Assembly (NCBI GenBank): GCA_963422615.1
Contig: OY730414.1
Coordinates: forward strand, 1,658,302 to 1,722,301
Direction: 5' to 3'
DNA length: 64,000 bases
DNA from: Longimicrobiales bacterium
Lineage (GTDB): Bacteria; Gemmatimonadota; Gemmatimonadetes; Longimicrobiales; Gaopeijiaceae
In this document: positions 18,042 through 27,669 of the stretch, piece by piece
How positions within the stretch are numbered: position 1 is the first letter of the stretch
Layout of the letters: each line of letters opens with the position of its first letter
The notes under the pieces: generated by a model
The model's input: only the letters and a program-made list of their open reading frames with translations
Told to the model about the DNA's origin: nothing
Databases searched by the model: none
Made by a program: the position numbers and the translations under genes

Positions 18042-18683
18042 GTGGGGACCCGGCGGCCCGGCAAGATCGTCTGCGTGGGAAGGAATTATGCCGGTCACGC
18101 GGCCGAAATGGGCAACGCGGTCCCCCGGGAGCCGCTCCTCTTCTTCAAGCCTCCTTCTTCCGTCATTTTCTCCGGGGAGCCCATCCGGATTCCTCCTGAT
18201 GTGGGGCGGGTGGAGTTCGAGGGTGAGATCGGGGTGATTCTGGGTCGGCGCTGTCGCCGGGTTTCCCAGGCAGAAGCGTGGTCGTGCGTTGAAGGGTTTG
18301 TCGCAGTTAACGACGTGACGGCCCGCGACCTGCAAAGAAGGGACAGCCAGTGGACCCGGGCGAAGGGACTGGACCGCTTCTGTCCTGTCGGAAATGTCGT
18401 TGACGCTTCGTCTGTGGATCCCGGCAGCCTTTCCGTGACGGTGTCGGTGAACGGGCAAGATCGGCAGCGGGGGACGGCCCGGGAAATGGTGTTCTCGATT
18501 CCCCACTTGGTAAGCTACATTTCCCATCTCATGACCCTGGACGCGGGGGACCTCATCGCGACGGGCACGCCCGAAGGGGTGGGCCCTCTGTCGCCCGGCG
18601 ATGTCGTGAGCGTGGTCCTCTCGTGCGGCTCCCGGGTTTCGAACCCCGTCGAAGATGGGGAGCCCGTGACGTGGGGTGGGTGA
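18042..18683 (+). CDS. Fumarylacetoacetate hydrolase family protein
   Basis: KIVCVGRNYAGHAAEMG, FFKPPSS, EFEGEIG, NDVTARDLQ, WTRAKG.D.FCP.G, GDLIATGTPEGVG. Confidence 0.93.
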   Translation: MGTRRPGKIVCVGRNYAGHAAEMGNAVPREPLLFFKPPSSVIFSGEPIRIPPDVGRVEFEGEIGVILGRRCRRVSQAEAWSCVEGFVAVNDVTARDLQRRDSQWTRAKGLDRFCPVGNVVDASSVDPGSLSVTVSVNGQDRQRGTAREMVFSIPHLVSYISHLMTLDAGDLIATGTPEGVGPLSPGDVVSVVLSCGSRVSNPVEDGEPVTWGG

Positions 18684-18726
18684 TCCCCGATGGGAACCTG
18701 TCCGATCGGGTCGGGGTAGCATTCCG

Positions 18727-19590
18727 ATGATGCCAGACGCCGAGGACCGCCCGCGCCGACTTCGCGGCAATCGCTCTTTGGGGAGCCGGGACCGGACGCC
18801 CGATGTCGCCGGCCTCGCAATCTCGGTCCTCGCCCACCTCGCCGTGATCGCCCTTTACCCCTTCTTTACCGGGTCCGATTCCCCCTCCTCGCTTTCATCA
18901 CCCTCCTTGCCGGTCACCCCCGAACCGGGGGGCACCCAGGTCGTACGGATTGTTGAAGTCGCGACGCCGGCACCGGGAGACCCCGTCAATCCCCTGGAGA
19001 TCGACGATCCGGCCGACCCCGATATCGTGCCGGATGTTCCCGAAATCGAAGGCGAGGGCTTCCGCCTGCCGGAGAGGTACCGTTCGGCGGGGGAGCGATT
19101 GCGCGTGGGGCGAGGCGATCCCCGCCTCTGGCAGCCGCTTCCCCCCGAACTGGTCGAACCGACCCGGGAACAGATCCTGAGGGTTCAGCTTCTCGCCGAG
19201 ATTGCGTCCATGCACGACTCCGCCGTTGCCGAAGCCGAACGGGAGAGACGGGCGTTGGACTGGACCCGCACCGATGAAGACGGGAACAGGTGGGGGGTGT
19301 CGCCGGGGCGAATCCATCTGGGGAAGTTTTCGGTGCCGCTGCCCTTCGGCTTCGGTCCGCCGCCCGATTACAGCGGCGACCAGGCCGAGATGGCCTTTCG
19401 CCTGAACGACATTGACCGGGCCGCAGGGACCCGTGCCCTCCGGCAAAGCTGGAAGGAGCGGTCGGAAGTCATGAGACAGCGGCGGGAGGAAGAGAGGAAG
19501 GCCGCGGAGGAGAGGGAACAGGGGACGGAAGGCAAACCCCCTCCGCCGGTGAAGCCCGACACCACTTCGGCCCGCCGGAATCGGGGATGA
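18727..19590 (+). CDS. Hypothetical single-TM Pro-rich protein (TonB-like anchor)
   Basis: Anchor GLAISVLAHLAVIAL with SxxxH, Pro-rich linker, DWT..DEDG.RWGVSPG.IHLG motif. Start uncertain (18676 or 18727). Confidence 0.65.
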   Translation: MMPDAEDRPRRLRGNRSLGSRDRTPDVAGLAISVLAHLAVIALYPFFTGSDSPSSLSSPSLPVTPEPGGTQVVRIVEVATPAPGDPVNPLEIDDPADPDIVPDVPEIEGEGFRLPERYRSAGERLRVGRGDPRLWQPLPPELVEPTREQILRVQLLAEIASMHDSAVAEAERERRALDWTRTDEDGNRWGVSPGRIHLGKFSVPLPFGFGPPPDYSGDQAEMAFRLNDIDRAAGTRALRQSWKERSEVMRQRREEERKAAEEREQGTEGKPPPPVKPDTTSARRNRG

Positions 19591-22376
19591 CGTCCCGTCG
19601 ACCGGCGGGATCGGAGCCCGGCTCCCCGCCCGATCATCACCTGGAGCTTCCCGCGACCTTCAACCATCGTGGGGCAGAGGAGCGGATCCGTCGGCTCTGG
19701 GAAGCGGGGGACTCCTTTGCGGCTTCCGCTCAAGACGCCAAGAAGCGGGAGCCCTATGTGATCGTGATCCCTCCACCCAACGTGACCGCCGTCCTTCACA
19801 TGGGTCACGGCTTGAACAACACGATTCAGGATGTCCTCATTCGATGGCGGCGGATGCAGGGCCGAACCGCCCTTTGGGTGCCCGGCACCGATCACGCCGG
19901 CATCGCAACCCAAAACGTGGTTGAAAGACGGCTGGCCGCCGAGGGGAAGACCCGATACGACCTGGGACGGGAAGCCTTCGCTCGGCGGGTGTGGGACCAC
20001 GTGGAGCCGACAGGGGAGCGGATCCTCGCGCAGCTCAAGGCGATCGGTTGCAGCTGTGACTGGAATCGGGCTCGGTTCACGCTTGACGAAGGTTTAACAA
20101 GATCCGTAAGGGAAATATTCGTAAGACTTTACGAAGACGATCTAATCTATCGCGGTAGGTATGTCATCAACTGGTGTCCCCGCTGCCTGACGGCCCTTTC
20201 CAACGAGGAAGCGGAGGGCTCGGAGCGAAAGGGTCACCTGTGGCACCTCCGCTATCCGCTTGCGCCCGGCCACGAAACGGCCGCTGCCCGGACCCAGGCG
20301 GCCGGCGCCCAGTCGGTCGGTCGGCTCCCCGATGGTCGCTGGTACCTCGTGGTTTCCACCACCCGGCCCGAGACCATGCTGGGGGACACGGGCGTTGCCG
20401 TCGGTCCCGGCGACGACCGCTACCGGGGCTTGGTGGGAGCGGTCGTGGAGCTGCCCCTGACGGGCCGGAAGGTTCCCATCGTCGCCGACGAATCCGTTCG
20501 GGCCGATTTCGGCACCGGCATTGTAAAGGTGACCCCCGCCCACGACCTCAGCGACTTCGAGATCGCGGCGCGTACGGGGCTGGAGGTCCTGGACATCATG
20601 ACGGAGCGGGCCACCACAAACGACAACGTGCCCCAGCCGTTCCGGGGCCTCCGTCGGTCCGACGCGCGAAGTGCCGTGCTTTCCGCTCTGGAGGCGGAGG
20701 GCCTCGTCGCCGGGCGGGACGCCCACCTCCACACGGTGCCCCGGTGCTACCGGTGCGATGCCCTCGTGGAGCCCCGCCTGAGCGAGCAGTGGTTCGTGCG
20801 GATGAAAGCGCTGGCCCAACCTGCGCTGGAGGCCTCCCGAACGGGCGCCGTCACCTTCGCTCCGCTTCGATGGACCCGGGTCTACGAACGTTGGATGGAA
20901 GACATCCGGGATTGGTGCATTTCCCGGCAGCTGTGGTGGGGTCACCGGATCCCGGTCTGGTACTGCCAAGATTGCGGTCACGTGTCGGTTCCCAGGGAAG
21001 ATCCGGAGTCCTGCGCTTCTTGCGGCAGCACCCTCTTGGAGCAGGATCCGGATGTCCTGGACACGTGGTTCTCGTCTTGGCTCTGGCCCTTTTCCGTCTT
21101 CGGTTGGCCTGGGGAGAGCGAAGACCTGGAGACATTCTACCCCGGACACGCCCTCTCCACGGCGCCAGAAATCCTCTTTTTCTGGGTTGCCCGCATGATC
21201 ATGTCGGGCTGCCACGTCATGGGGGAGGTCCCCTTTCAAAGGGTATACCTCCACGGGACCGTGCGGGACACCCAGGGGCGCAAGATGTCCAAGTCCTTGG
21301 GAAACGGAATCGACCCCATGGAAGTCGTGGAGCGATACGGGGCGGACGCCCTGCGTTTCACCCTCGTTGCGGGCGCTGGGGTCGGCGCCGACATCCGCCT
21401 GGACCCCAAGAACCTCGAGGCCGCTTTCGCACCCGGAAGGAATTTCGTCAACAAGCTGTGGAACGCAGGGCGCTTCGTCGTCATGAGCCTTGGCAAGGAC
21501 CCGGTTCTCCCCCTGGAGGAAGCGGCGGGCGAATTCCAACTGGAGGACAGGTGGATCCTGTCCCGCCTGCAGTTCGCGGCTCGAAGGGCGGATGAAGAGC
21601 TGGAAGCCTTTAGGATGCACGGGGCCGCAGAGGTCCTGCGCGAACTCTTCTGGAGCGAGTTCGCCGACTGGTACCTGGAGTCCGTCAAGGACCGCCTCCA
21701 GGAAAACGGCCCTGGCCGGAAGGTGGCGTGCTCCGTCCTTCGTCACGTCCTGGAAGAAGTCATCCGCCTCCTCCACCCCATCGTGCCGTTTGTGACGGAG
21801 GAGCTGTGGAGCCTCCTTCCCGGGTCGGAAGACGGAGACAACCGCCGCCTCCTTATCGTAGCCCCGTGGCCCGAGCCCTCCCGGGAGCTTGTGGATGAAG
21901 AAGCCGAGCGCCGCTTCAAGTGGTTGCAGGAGCTGGTCGTCAGGGTCCGGAGCCTGCGAAAGGAGTACCGCGTGGGGGAGGGGCAAGAGGTTTCGCTCCT
22001 GGTCACCGGCGGGAGCCGTGCCCACGTCTTGAAGGGGCGGGAGGCGTTCCTGCGGAGGCTGGCGCGGGTTGGCAGCGTGGAGGCGTCGGCACCGGCCCCG
22101 GGCGCGGTGGGTGCCAGCGCCGTGCTTCAGGACGGAACGGAGCTCTTCCTTCCCCTGGAAGGTGTCATTGATGTCAACAGGGAGCGGAACCGCCTGACCC
22201 GGGAGATTGAGCGCCTCATGGTCGGGCTGAAGCGATCCCGGGCCAGGCTGGCCAATGACAAATTTGTGGGGAGGGCACCGTCCGACGTGGTCGAACGGGA
22301 ACGGGAGAAGGCAGATTCCTGGGCCCGCCGCGTTCGGAAGCTTCAGGAGAAACGAGCGTCGTTGGAAGGCGCGTAG
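19587..22376 (+). CDS. valS: Valine--tRNA ligase
   Basis: PPPNVT..LHMGH, GTDHAGIATQ, TTRPETMLGD, DWCISRQLWWGHRIP, DVLDTWFSS, KMSKS, C-terminal coiled coil. Confidence 0.97.
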   Translation: MTSRRPAGSEPGSPPDHHLELPATFNHRGAEERIRRLWEAGDSFAASAQDAKKREPYVIVIPPPNVTAVLHMGHGLNNTIQDVLIRWRRMQGRTALWVPGTDHAGIATQNVVERRLAAEGKTRYDLGREAFARRVWDHVEPTGERILAQLKAIGCSCDWNRARFTLDEGLTRSVREIFVRLYEDDLIYRGRYVINWCPRCLTALSNEEAEGSERKGHLWHLRYPLAPGHETAAARTQAAGAQSVGRLPDGRWYLVVSTTRPETMLGDTGVAVGPGDDRYRGLVGAVVELPLTGRKVPIVADESVRADFGTGIVKVTPAHDLSDFEIAARTGLEVLDIMTERATTNDNVPQPFRGLRRSDARSAVLSALEAEGLVAGRDAHLHTVPRCYRCDALVEPRLSEQWFVRMKALAQPALEASRTGAVTFAPLRWTRVYERWMEDIRDWCISRQLWWGHRIPVWYCQDCGHVSVPREDPESCASCGSTLLEQDPDVLDTWFSSWLWPFSVFGWPGESEDLETFYPGHALSTAPEILFFWVARMIMSGCHVMGEVPFQRVYLHGTVRDTQGRKMSKSLGNGIDPMEVVERYGADALRFTLVAGAGVGADIRLDPKNLEAAFAPGRNFVNKLWNAGRFVVMSLGKDPVLPLEEAAGEFQLEDRWILSRLQFAARRADEELEAFRMHGAAEVLRELFWSEFADWYLESVKDRLQENGPGRKVACSVLRHVLEEVIRLLHPIVPFVTEELWSLLPGSEDGDNRRLLIVAPWPEPSRELVDEEAERRFKWLQELVVRVRSLRKEYRVGEGQEVSLLVTGGSRAHVLKGREAFLRRLARVGSVEASAPAPGAVGASAVLQDGTELFLPLEGVIDVNRERNRLTREIERLMVGLKRSRARLANDKFVGRAPSDVVEREREKADSWARRVRKLQEKRASLEGA

Positions 22377-22379
22377 CTC

Positions 22380-23786
22380 GTGCTCTGCCGGCGTTTTTCC
22401 GTCCTGTTCCTGCTGCTTTCCGGGGGGGCCTGCGCCCGTCCGGAGTCTCCACCGGGGGGACCGGAAGACCGGCTTCCGCCTATTGTCGTGGAAACCTCGC
22501 CCGATACCTTTGCCCTCGTCGAAGCGGGCCTGCGGGAGTTTCGCTTCCGGTTCAGCGAACGGATCAGCGAACGGCCAACTTCGGGCACGCTGAACGATGC
22601 GGTGGTGGTCTCCCCGTCTGCCGGGAACGTGCGGGTTCGCCACAGCCGAGACGGGATCTCGGTCGAGGTTCAGGAGGGGCTGCTCCCAGGGCGAGTCTAC
22701 AGGATCACGGTCCTCCCGGTCATTGGCGACATGTTTGGAAACCGCCTCCGGGATCCCTTCGACCTCGTAATTTCAACCGGTGAGGAATTCGTGTCCAATG
22801 TTGTCGCCGGCATCGTGGAGGACCGGGTAACCGGATCCGCTCGGGAAGGCATCCGGGTGGAAGCCCTCTTCTCCGGGGAAAGCGACACGGTCACGCACTG
22901 GAACCTCAGCGACCCGAGAGGAATTTTCTCCCTGCGATACGTTCCGACCGGTCCATTCCAAGTCAGGGCCTGGCAAGACAGGAACCGGGACGGAGAGATG
23001 ACCCCCGGGGAGCCCCGGGCCCCATACGAACCGGGGGAGCTGCCGAATCCTCCCGATACCAGCTTCACCGTACTCTCCCTGATCGAACCCGACACCACCC
23101 AGGCCCAGCTGGCCAGGGTCGTGGTGGAAGATTCGGTCACGCTTCAGTTCGAGTTCGACGACTATCTGGATCCGGCGCTGCCCGGCGTCGTCATTCAGGC
23201 TTCGCTGAGCTGGGAGAGCGAAGAGGGCGACACGGTGACGGTGTCTCTACGCGTTTTCCACGAACACGAGTATCGAATATGGGAGTCCGAGCGGGCGGAT
23301 TCCACGGCTGCGGCGGAAGCGGCTGCCCAGGAACAGATCGAAGCCCTCCCCGAGGATGCCGCCGACGATCTTGAGGTCGTTGACAACCGGGGTCCCGTCG
23401 GGCTGTCCGGGCTTCTTCTTCCCGCTCAGACGCTGAAGGGCGTCCTGGAAGACGGCCTGGAAGTCGGTGTGCCCTACCAGGCCGCCGTTCAGGGGGTCGT
23501 AAACATCGCCGGCGTATCCGGCGGTGGGGGCACGGCGCTGGTCGTCTGGGAACTTCCCCCGGTGGATACGACGGCTGCCGATAGCACCGCGGTCGCGGAC
23601 ACAAGCGGGGCGGTTCCCGACACGAGTCAGGTTGGGGACACAAGCGGGGCGGTTCCCGATACGAGCCAGGTCGCGGACACAAGCGGGGCGGTTCTGCCCC
23701 GACCCCGGCGGGATGCGGTGCCACGACCTGCCTTCGTCCTGCTGCCCTACCTTCGCTCCCTTCTCGGTTCCGCCCGCCGTCCCTAA
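22380..23786 (+). CDS. Ig-like (Big_5-type) domain lipoprotein
   Basis: Lipobox-like SGGAC followed by PPGGPED..PP.VV..SP and F.FSE.I, typical of FCB-group Ig-like lipoproteins. Acidic repeat tail. Confidence 0.75.
   Translation: MLCRRFSVLFLLLSGGACARPESPPGGPEDRLPPIVVETSPDTFALVEAGLREFRFRFSERISERPTSGTLNDAVVVSPSAGNVRVRHSRDGISVEVQEGLLPGRVYRITVLPVIGDMFGNRLRDPFDLVISTGEEFVSNVVAGIVEDRVTGSAREGIRVEALFSGESDTVTHWNLSDPRGIFSLRYVPTGPFQVRAWQDRNRDGEMTPGEPRAPYEPGELPNPPDTSFTVLSLIEPDTTQAQLARVVVEDSVTLQFEFDDYLDPALPGVVIQASLSWESEEGDTVTVSLRVFHEHEYRIWESERADSTAAAEAAAQEQIEALPEDAADDLEVVDNRGPVGLSGLLLPAQTLKGVLEDGLEVGVPYQAAVQGVVNIAGVSGGGGTALVVWELPPVDTTAADSTAVADTSGAVPDTSQVGDTSGAVPDTSQVADTSGAVLPRPRRDAVPRPAFVLLPYLRSLLGSARRP
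23592..23694 (+). repeat. 39-bp coding tandem repeat, about 2.6 copies (V[AG]DTSGAVPDTSQ)
   Basis: Units start at 23592, 23631 and 23670 with core GGACACAAGCGGGGCGGTTC and few substitutions. Confidence 0.9.
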
Positions 23787-23790
23787 CCCG

Positions 23791-25206
23791 GTGGCCGATC
23801 GCCCCGACCCCCGCCGGTTGATCCCGGGCGTTGACCGCCTCCTCGCCCGCCCCTGGTGCCGCGAACTCGTGGAAATCCACGGTCGCCCCTGGGTCACCCG
23901 GCGCCTCCGGGCCGTCCTGGAGCGGCTGAGGGAAGGCCGGTCCCCGGTCCCCGGGTCGGATGCGGATTTCGCCCGCCTGGTGGGGTCCGAAGTGGCCCAG
24001 GCGACCGCGCCCTCTCTGCGGCCCGTCATCAATGCCACTGGGGTGGTTCTTCACACGAACCTGGGCCGGGCTCCCCTCTCCGCCGAGGCCCGCGAAGCGA
24101 TGGCGGCGGCCACAGGCTACGGAAACGTGGAGCTTGACCTACAGACAGGTGAAAGGGGTTCGCGATACGATCACTGCGTGGGGCTCATTCGGGAGCTCAC
24201 GGGCGCGGATGACGCCGTCGTCGTCAACAACGGGGCGGCGGCGGTGGCCCTGGCCCTGGCCGCCCTTGCGGGGGGGAAACGAGTCGTGATCTCCCACGGC
24301 GAACTGGTGGAGATCGGCGGCGGTTTTCGGATTCCCGAGGTGGTGGAAGCGGCTGGGGCTCGGTTGGTCTCCGTCGGGACGACCAACCGGACTCGCCTCG
24401 CCGACTACGCCCGGGCGCTCGAAGGCGGGGGTGCGGGCGCGATCCTGAAGGTTCACCGGTCCAACTTCCGAATCTCGGGGTTCACCGAGGAGGTGGAACT
24501 CCCCGAACTGGTGCCGCTGGGGGCGAAGACAGGGACCCCCGTGATCCACGATTTGGGATCCGGTCTCTTGGTCGATAGCGTCGGGCTGGGCCTTCCCCAC
24601 GAGCCCCTCCCGGCCGATAGCGTTGCTGCCGGGGCGGACTTGGTAGCCTTTTCCGGAGACAAGCTCCTCGGGGGTCCGCAAGCGGGCGTCCTCGCGGGGA
24701 TCCGGGCGGGCGTAGCCCGAACCAAAACCCATCCTCTTTGCAGGGCGTTCAGGTGCGACAAGGTCACCTTGGCGGGTCTGGAAGCGACGCTTTCGCTGTA
24801 TCGGGACCCGGAGCGGGCCAAAGAGCGAATCCCGGTCCTCCGCATGATCACGGCGCTCCCGGCAGAGCTGGAAGAGAGAGCCCTCGCGGTGTTGGATCAA
24901 GCAGGGAAACGGAACGCCGACGTAGCGGCCTTGGACGCCGACGTGGCGGCCGGGGAGTCCCTGGTGGGCGGGGGGACCGTTCCCGGAGAGGGACTTCCCA
25001 CCGTCGTTCTCCGCCTCCCGGCCGGTTCCGCTTCCCGTGCCTGGATGGCGGCCCTACGTGCTCACGAGCCCCCGGTCATCGCCCGAAACCATAGGGGCGA
25101 AATCCTCATCGACCTTAGGACCGTCCCACCCGAGCAGGACGGGGTGGTGGCGTCGGCGCTGGCCGCGCTGGCTACAGGGGTATCCCGATGGGAGCCCGTG
25201 CAATGA
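23791..25206 (+). CDS. selA: L-seryl-tRNA(Sec) selenium transferase
   Basis: VINATGVVLHTNLGRAPL, VVNNGAAA, ELVEIGGGFRIP, VGTTNRT, LKVHRSNF, DLGSG, FSGDKLLGGPQAG (PLP lysine). Confidence 0.95.
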   Translation: MADRPDPRRLIPGVDRLLARPWCRELVEIHGRPWVTRRLRAVLERLREGRSPVPGSDADFARLVGSEVAQATAPSLRPVINATGVVLHTNLGRAPLSAEAREAMAAATGYGNVELDLQTGERGSRYDHCVGLIRELTGADDAVVVNNGAAAVALALAALAGGKRVVISHGELVEIGGGFRIPEVVEAAGARLVSVGTTNRTRLADYARALEGGGAGAILKVHRSNFRISGFTEEVELPELVPLGAKTGTPVIHDLGSGLLVDSVGLGLPHEPLPADSVAAGADLVAFSGDKLLGGPQAGVLAGIRAGVARTKTHPLCRAFRCDKVTLAGLEATLSLYRDPERAKERIPVLRMITALPAELEERALAVLDQAGKRNADVAALDADVAAGESLVGGGTVPGEGLPTVVLRLPAGSASRAWMAALRAHEPPVIARNHRGEILIDLRTVPPEQDGVVASALAALATGVSRWEPVQ

Positions 25207-25823
25207 AGGGCCGGAGGGCCGTCTTCGTGGACAGAGATGGAACCATCGTTGGGGAAAGGCACTACTTGGCCGACCCCGCCGATGTCGCCCTGGTGCCCGG
25301 TGCTCCCGAAGCCCTCCTCCGCATGCGGGCGGCGGGACTGGCCCTGGTCTTGGTGACCAACCAGTCGGGAATCGGTCGCGGTCTCTACGGGCTGGAGGAC
25401 TACTTGCGGGTCAAGGCGGAGGTGGATCGGCAACTCGCACATGCCGGCGTCGTCATGGACGGGACCTACTATTGTCCCGATGCGCCCGGGATGGCGGATC
25501 TGGAAGCGACCTGCCGCAAACCGAGCCCGGTCATGTACCGGAAGGCAGCCGTCGACCTGGGGCTGGAGACCCGAGATTCCTATTACGTGGGCGACAAAAT
25601 GAGCGACGTACTGCCAGCGGGGGTCTTTGGCGGCACGGGAATCCTGGTTCGCACCGGGTACGGGAAGGAGGAGGAGGGTAGGCTGGCCGAACGGGAAGGC
25701 GCGCTTGCCGGGATGTACCGGGTCGTGGACGATCTGACGGCAGCCGCCGACCTAATCGACTTCCTGGAAGGAGGGCGTTTTTCGGGGGCGGCGTCCGTTG
25801 ACCCCGTTTTGCCCAGTCGGTAA
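25203..25823 (+). CDS. gmhB: D-glycero-D-manno-heptose-1,7-bisphosphate phosphatase (HAD IIIA)
   Basis: FVDRDGT, VTNQSGIGRG, YYCP, CRKP, VGDK.SD, LVRTGYG. Confidence 0.88.
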   Translation: MKGRRAVFVDRDGTIVGERHYLADPADVALVPGAPEALLRMRAAGLALVLVTNQSGIGRGLYGLEDYLRVKAEVDRQLAHAGVVMDGTYYCPDAPGMADLEATCRKPSPVMYRKAAVDLGLETRDSYYVGDKMSDVLPAGVFGGTGILVRTGYGKEEEGRLAEREGALAGMYRVVDDLTAAADLIDFLEGGRFSGAASVDPVLPSR

Positions 25824-25915
25824 CTTCGAATTTGTTGTTCCTGGAGATACGCATGCCCGGGGCGCCCAGGTTTGGCCGTCGCTACGGGAAGCACCATAAG
25901 GATCGGAAGACCGCC

Positions 25916-26245
25916 ATGGATCTGACCCTCACACCGAATGCCGCAAAAAAGGTACAGGGGTTTCTTCAGGAACACGGCGGCACCCCGGACGCGGGGCTTC
26001 GAGTCGCGGTGTTGCCGGGTGGTTGCTCCGGTTTCCAGTACGGCGTGGACATTGATGGGGGTCCGGAGGGGGATGACGAGATCCTGGAACGGCACGGCAT
26101 CAGGATTTTCGTAGACCCGTTCAGTGCGCAGTATTTGGAAGGCATAGAGATTGACTACGTTACATCCATGATGGGGTCCAATTTTTCCTTCAGGAATCCC
26201 CAGGCCACGGGGGGATGCGGCTGCGGAAGCTCCTTTACCGTATAG
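25916..26245 (+). CDS. HesB/IscA/ErpA family iron-sulfur cluster carrier
   Basis: GLRVAVLPGGCSGFQY, YLEG..IDY, NPQA.GGCGCGSSF. Confidence 0.93.
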   Translation: MDLTLTPNAAKKVQGFLQEHGGTPDAGLRVAVLPGGCSGFQYGVDIDGGPEGDDEILERHGIRIFVDPFSAQYLEGIEIDYVTSMMGSNFSFRNPQATGGCGCGSSFTV

Positions 26246-26254
26246 GGTAGGCGA

Positions 26255-26905
26255 TTGGATGTCCTCACCTTTACCGAGGGAGCCTTTGCGGAAAACACGT
26301 TCCTCGTAGTCTGTGCGGACGGTCGCTCCGCGATCCTGGTCGATCCGGGAGCCGCCACAGCTGCCGCCTTGAGCCGAGCACGAGCGCGGAAGCTGGAGAT
26401 AACGGCGATTCTTCTCACCCACGCGCACCTGGACCACATTGAGGGCGTGGCCCTGGCCCGAAGGACGACGGGAGCGCCCGTCCACCTTCATCCCGGGGAC
26501 CGGGTCTTGTACGACGGGGCCGCGGCCCAGGCAGCTTCCTTCGGTCTGTCCTTCCAACCGCCGCCTCCCCCGGATGCGGACCTTACTCCCGATTCCGTGC
26601 TCGCATTCGGAGGTTCGGAGTTCAAGGTGGTGTTCGTTCCCGGTCATGCTCCGGGCCACGTCATGTTCGTTTCCAGGTCGGAGCCGATTGCCCTGGTCGG
26701 AGATGTGATCTTCCTCGGTTCCATCGGGAGAACCGACCTGCCTGGGGGGGATTACCGCACCTTGATGGAATCGATCCGCTCCCGGGTGCTTGCACTGCCT
26801 CCGGAAACCCGCCTCTACCCCGGACACGGACCCGATACCACGGTGGGCCACGAGATCCGCACCAACCCCTTCGTCATCTCCCTTCACGGGGGGGAGTTTG
26901 TGTGA
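26255..26905 (+). CDS. MBL-fold metallo-hydrolase (glyoxalase II-like)
   Basis: LTHAHLDH, PGHAPGH, GDVIF.GSIGRTDLPGGD, YPGHGPDTT. Confidence 0.92.
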   Translation: MDVLTFTEGAFAENTFLVVCADGRSAILVDPGAATAAALSRARARKLEITAILLTHAHLDHIEGVALARRTTGAPVHLHPGDRVLYDGAAAQAASFGLSFQPPPPPDADLTPDSVLAFGGSEFKVVFVPGHAPGHVMFVSRSEPIALVGDVIFLGSIGRTDLPGGDYRTLMESIRSRVLALPPETRLYPGHGPDTTVGHEIRTNPFVISLHGGEFV

Positions 26906-27669
26906 GGGTTTCCTTCGCCGCCTTTGCGTCCGGCTCCGGGAGCAATTTGGAGGCCCTGTTCCGCCGCGAAGAAGGGGGAGCGGCATATCGAATCGACCTA
27001 CTTGTCACGGACCGATCCTGCGAAGCGGAGGAACGGGCCCGGGCCAGAGGATGCGCCATGCGCCGGGTTCCCTTCCGGGGCCGGAGCTCCGAAGAGACAG
27101 GCGCCGAAATCGAGGACGTGCTCCAGTGCCAGGGGATCGGGGGCGTCCTCCTTGCTGGTTTCTTGAAACCTCTTCCCGCATCGGTATGCCGGGCGTATCG
27201 GGGAAGAATCCTGAACATCCACCCGGCCCTCCTTCCGTCCTTCGGGGGGAAGGGTATGTGGGGAAGACGGGTTCACGAAGCCGTTCTCCGATCCGGGGCC
27301 AAGCTTTCCGGGCCCACCGTCCACTACGTGAACGAGCGCTATGACGAAGGAAGAATCCTGGCCCAGTGGCCCGTTCCCGTACTTTCCGGGGACACTCCCC
27401 GGGCCCTGGCCGCCCGGGTTCTGGACGTGGAACACATCCTCTACCCCGAGGCGGCCGACGCCCTGGCCAAGGGGCTGATTTCCGGAGAGGAGGCTCCGCC
27501 GTTTCAGTGGCCGGGTCGCGTGGAAATGGAAGGCTCGGCGGACTCGGCGAGGAGGGTCGCACCCGGAAGATCAGGAAGCTCGGAGGGCGCAGCCGCAGCC
27601 GGCGGGGCGGCGAATCTTCAGCGGCAGATCCGGGCGGCCTTCGGAGGCTTCGGAGGCACCGGTGATTAG
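26902..27669 (+). CDS. purN: Phosphoribosylglycinamide formyltransferase
   Basis: ASGSGSNL, LAGF, ILNIHPALLP.FGG.G, SGPTVHYV...YDEG.ILAQ, EH.LYP. Carries a low-complexity C-terminal extension. Confidence 0.93.
   Translation: MRVSFAAFASGSGSNLEALFRREEGGAAYRIDLLVTDRSCEAEERARARGCAMRRVPFRGRSSEETGAEIEDVLQCQGIGGVLLAGFLKPLPASVCRAYRGRILNIHPALLPSFGGKGMWGRRVHEAVLRSGAKLSGPTVHYVNERYDEGRILAQWPVPVLSGDTPRALAARVLDVEHILYPEAADALAKGLISGEEAPPFQWPGRVEMEGSADSARRVAPGRSGSSEGAAAAGGAANLQRQIRAAFGGFGGTGD

Noticed and set aside
23592..23694. CRISPR array
   Set aside because: These are head-to-tail coding repeats without unique spacers. No cas genes are present in the window.
25916..26245. HesB-like selenoprotein near selA
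   Set aside because: All three Cys motifs use normal Cys codons and there is no in-frame TGA.
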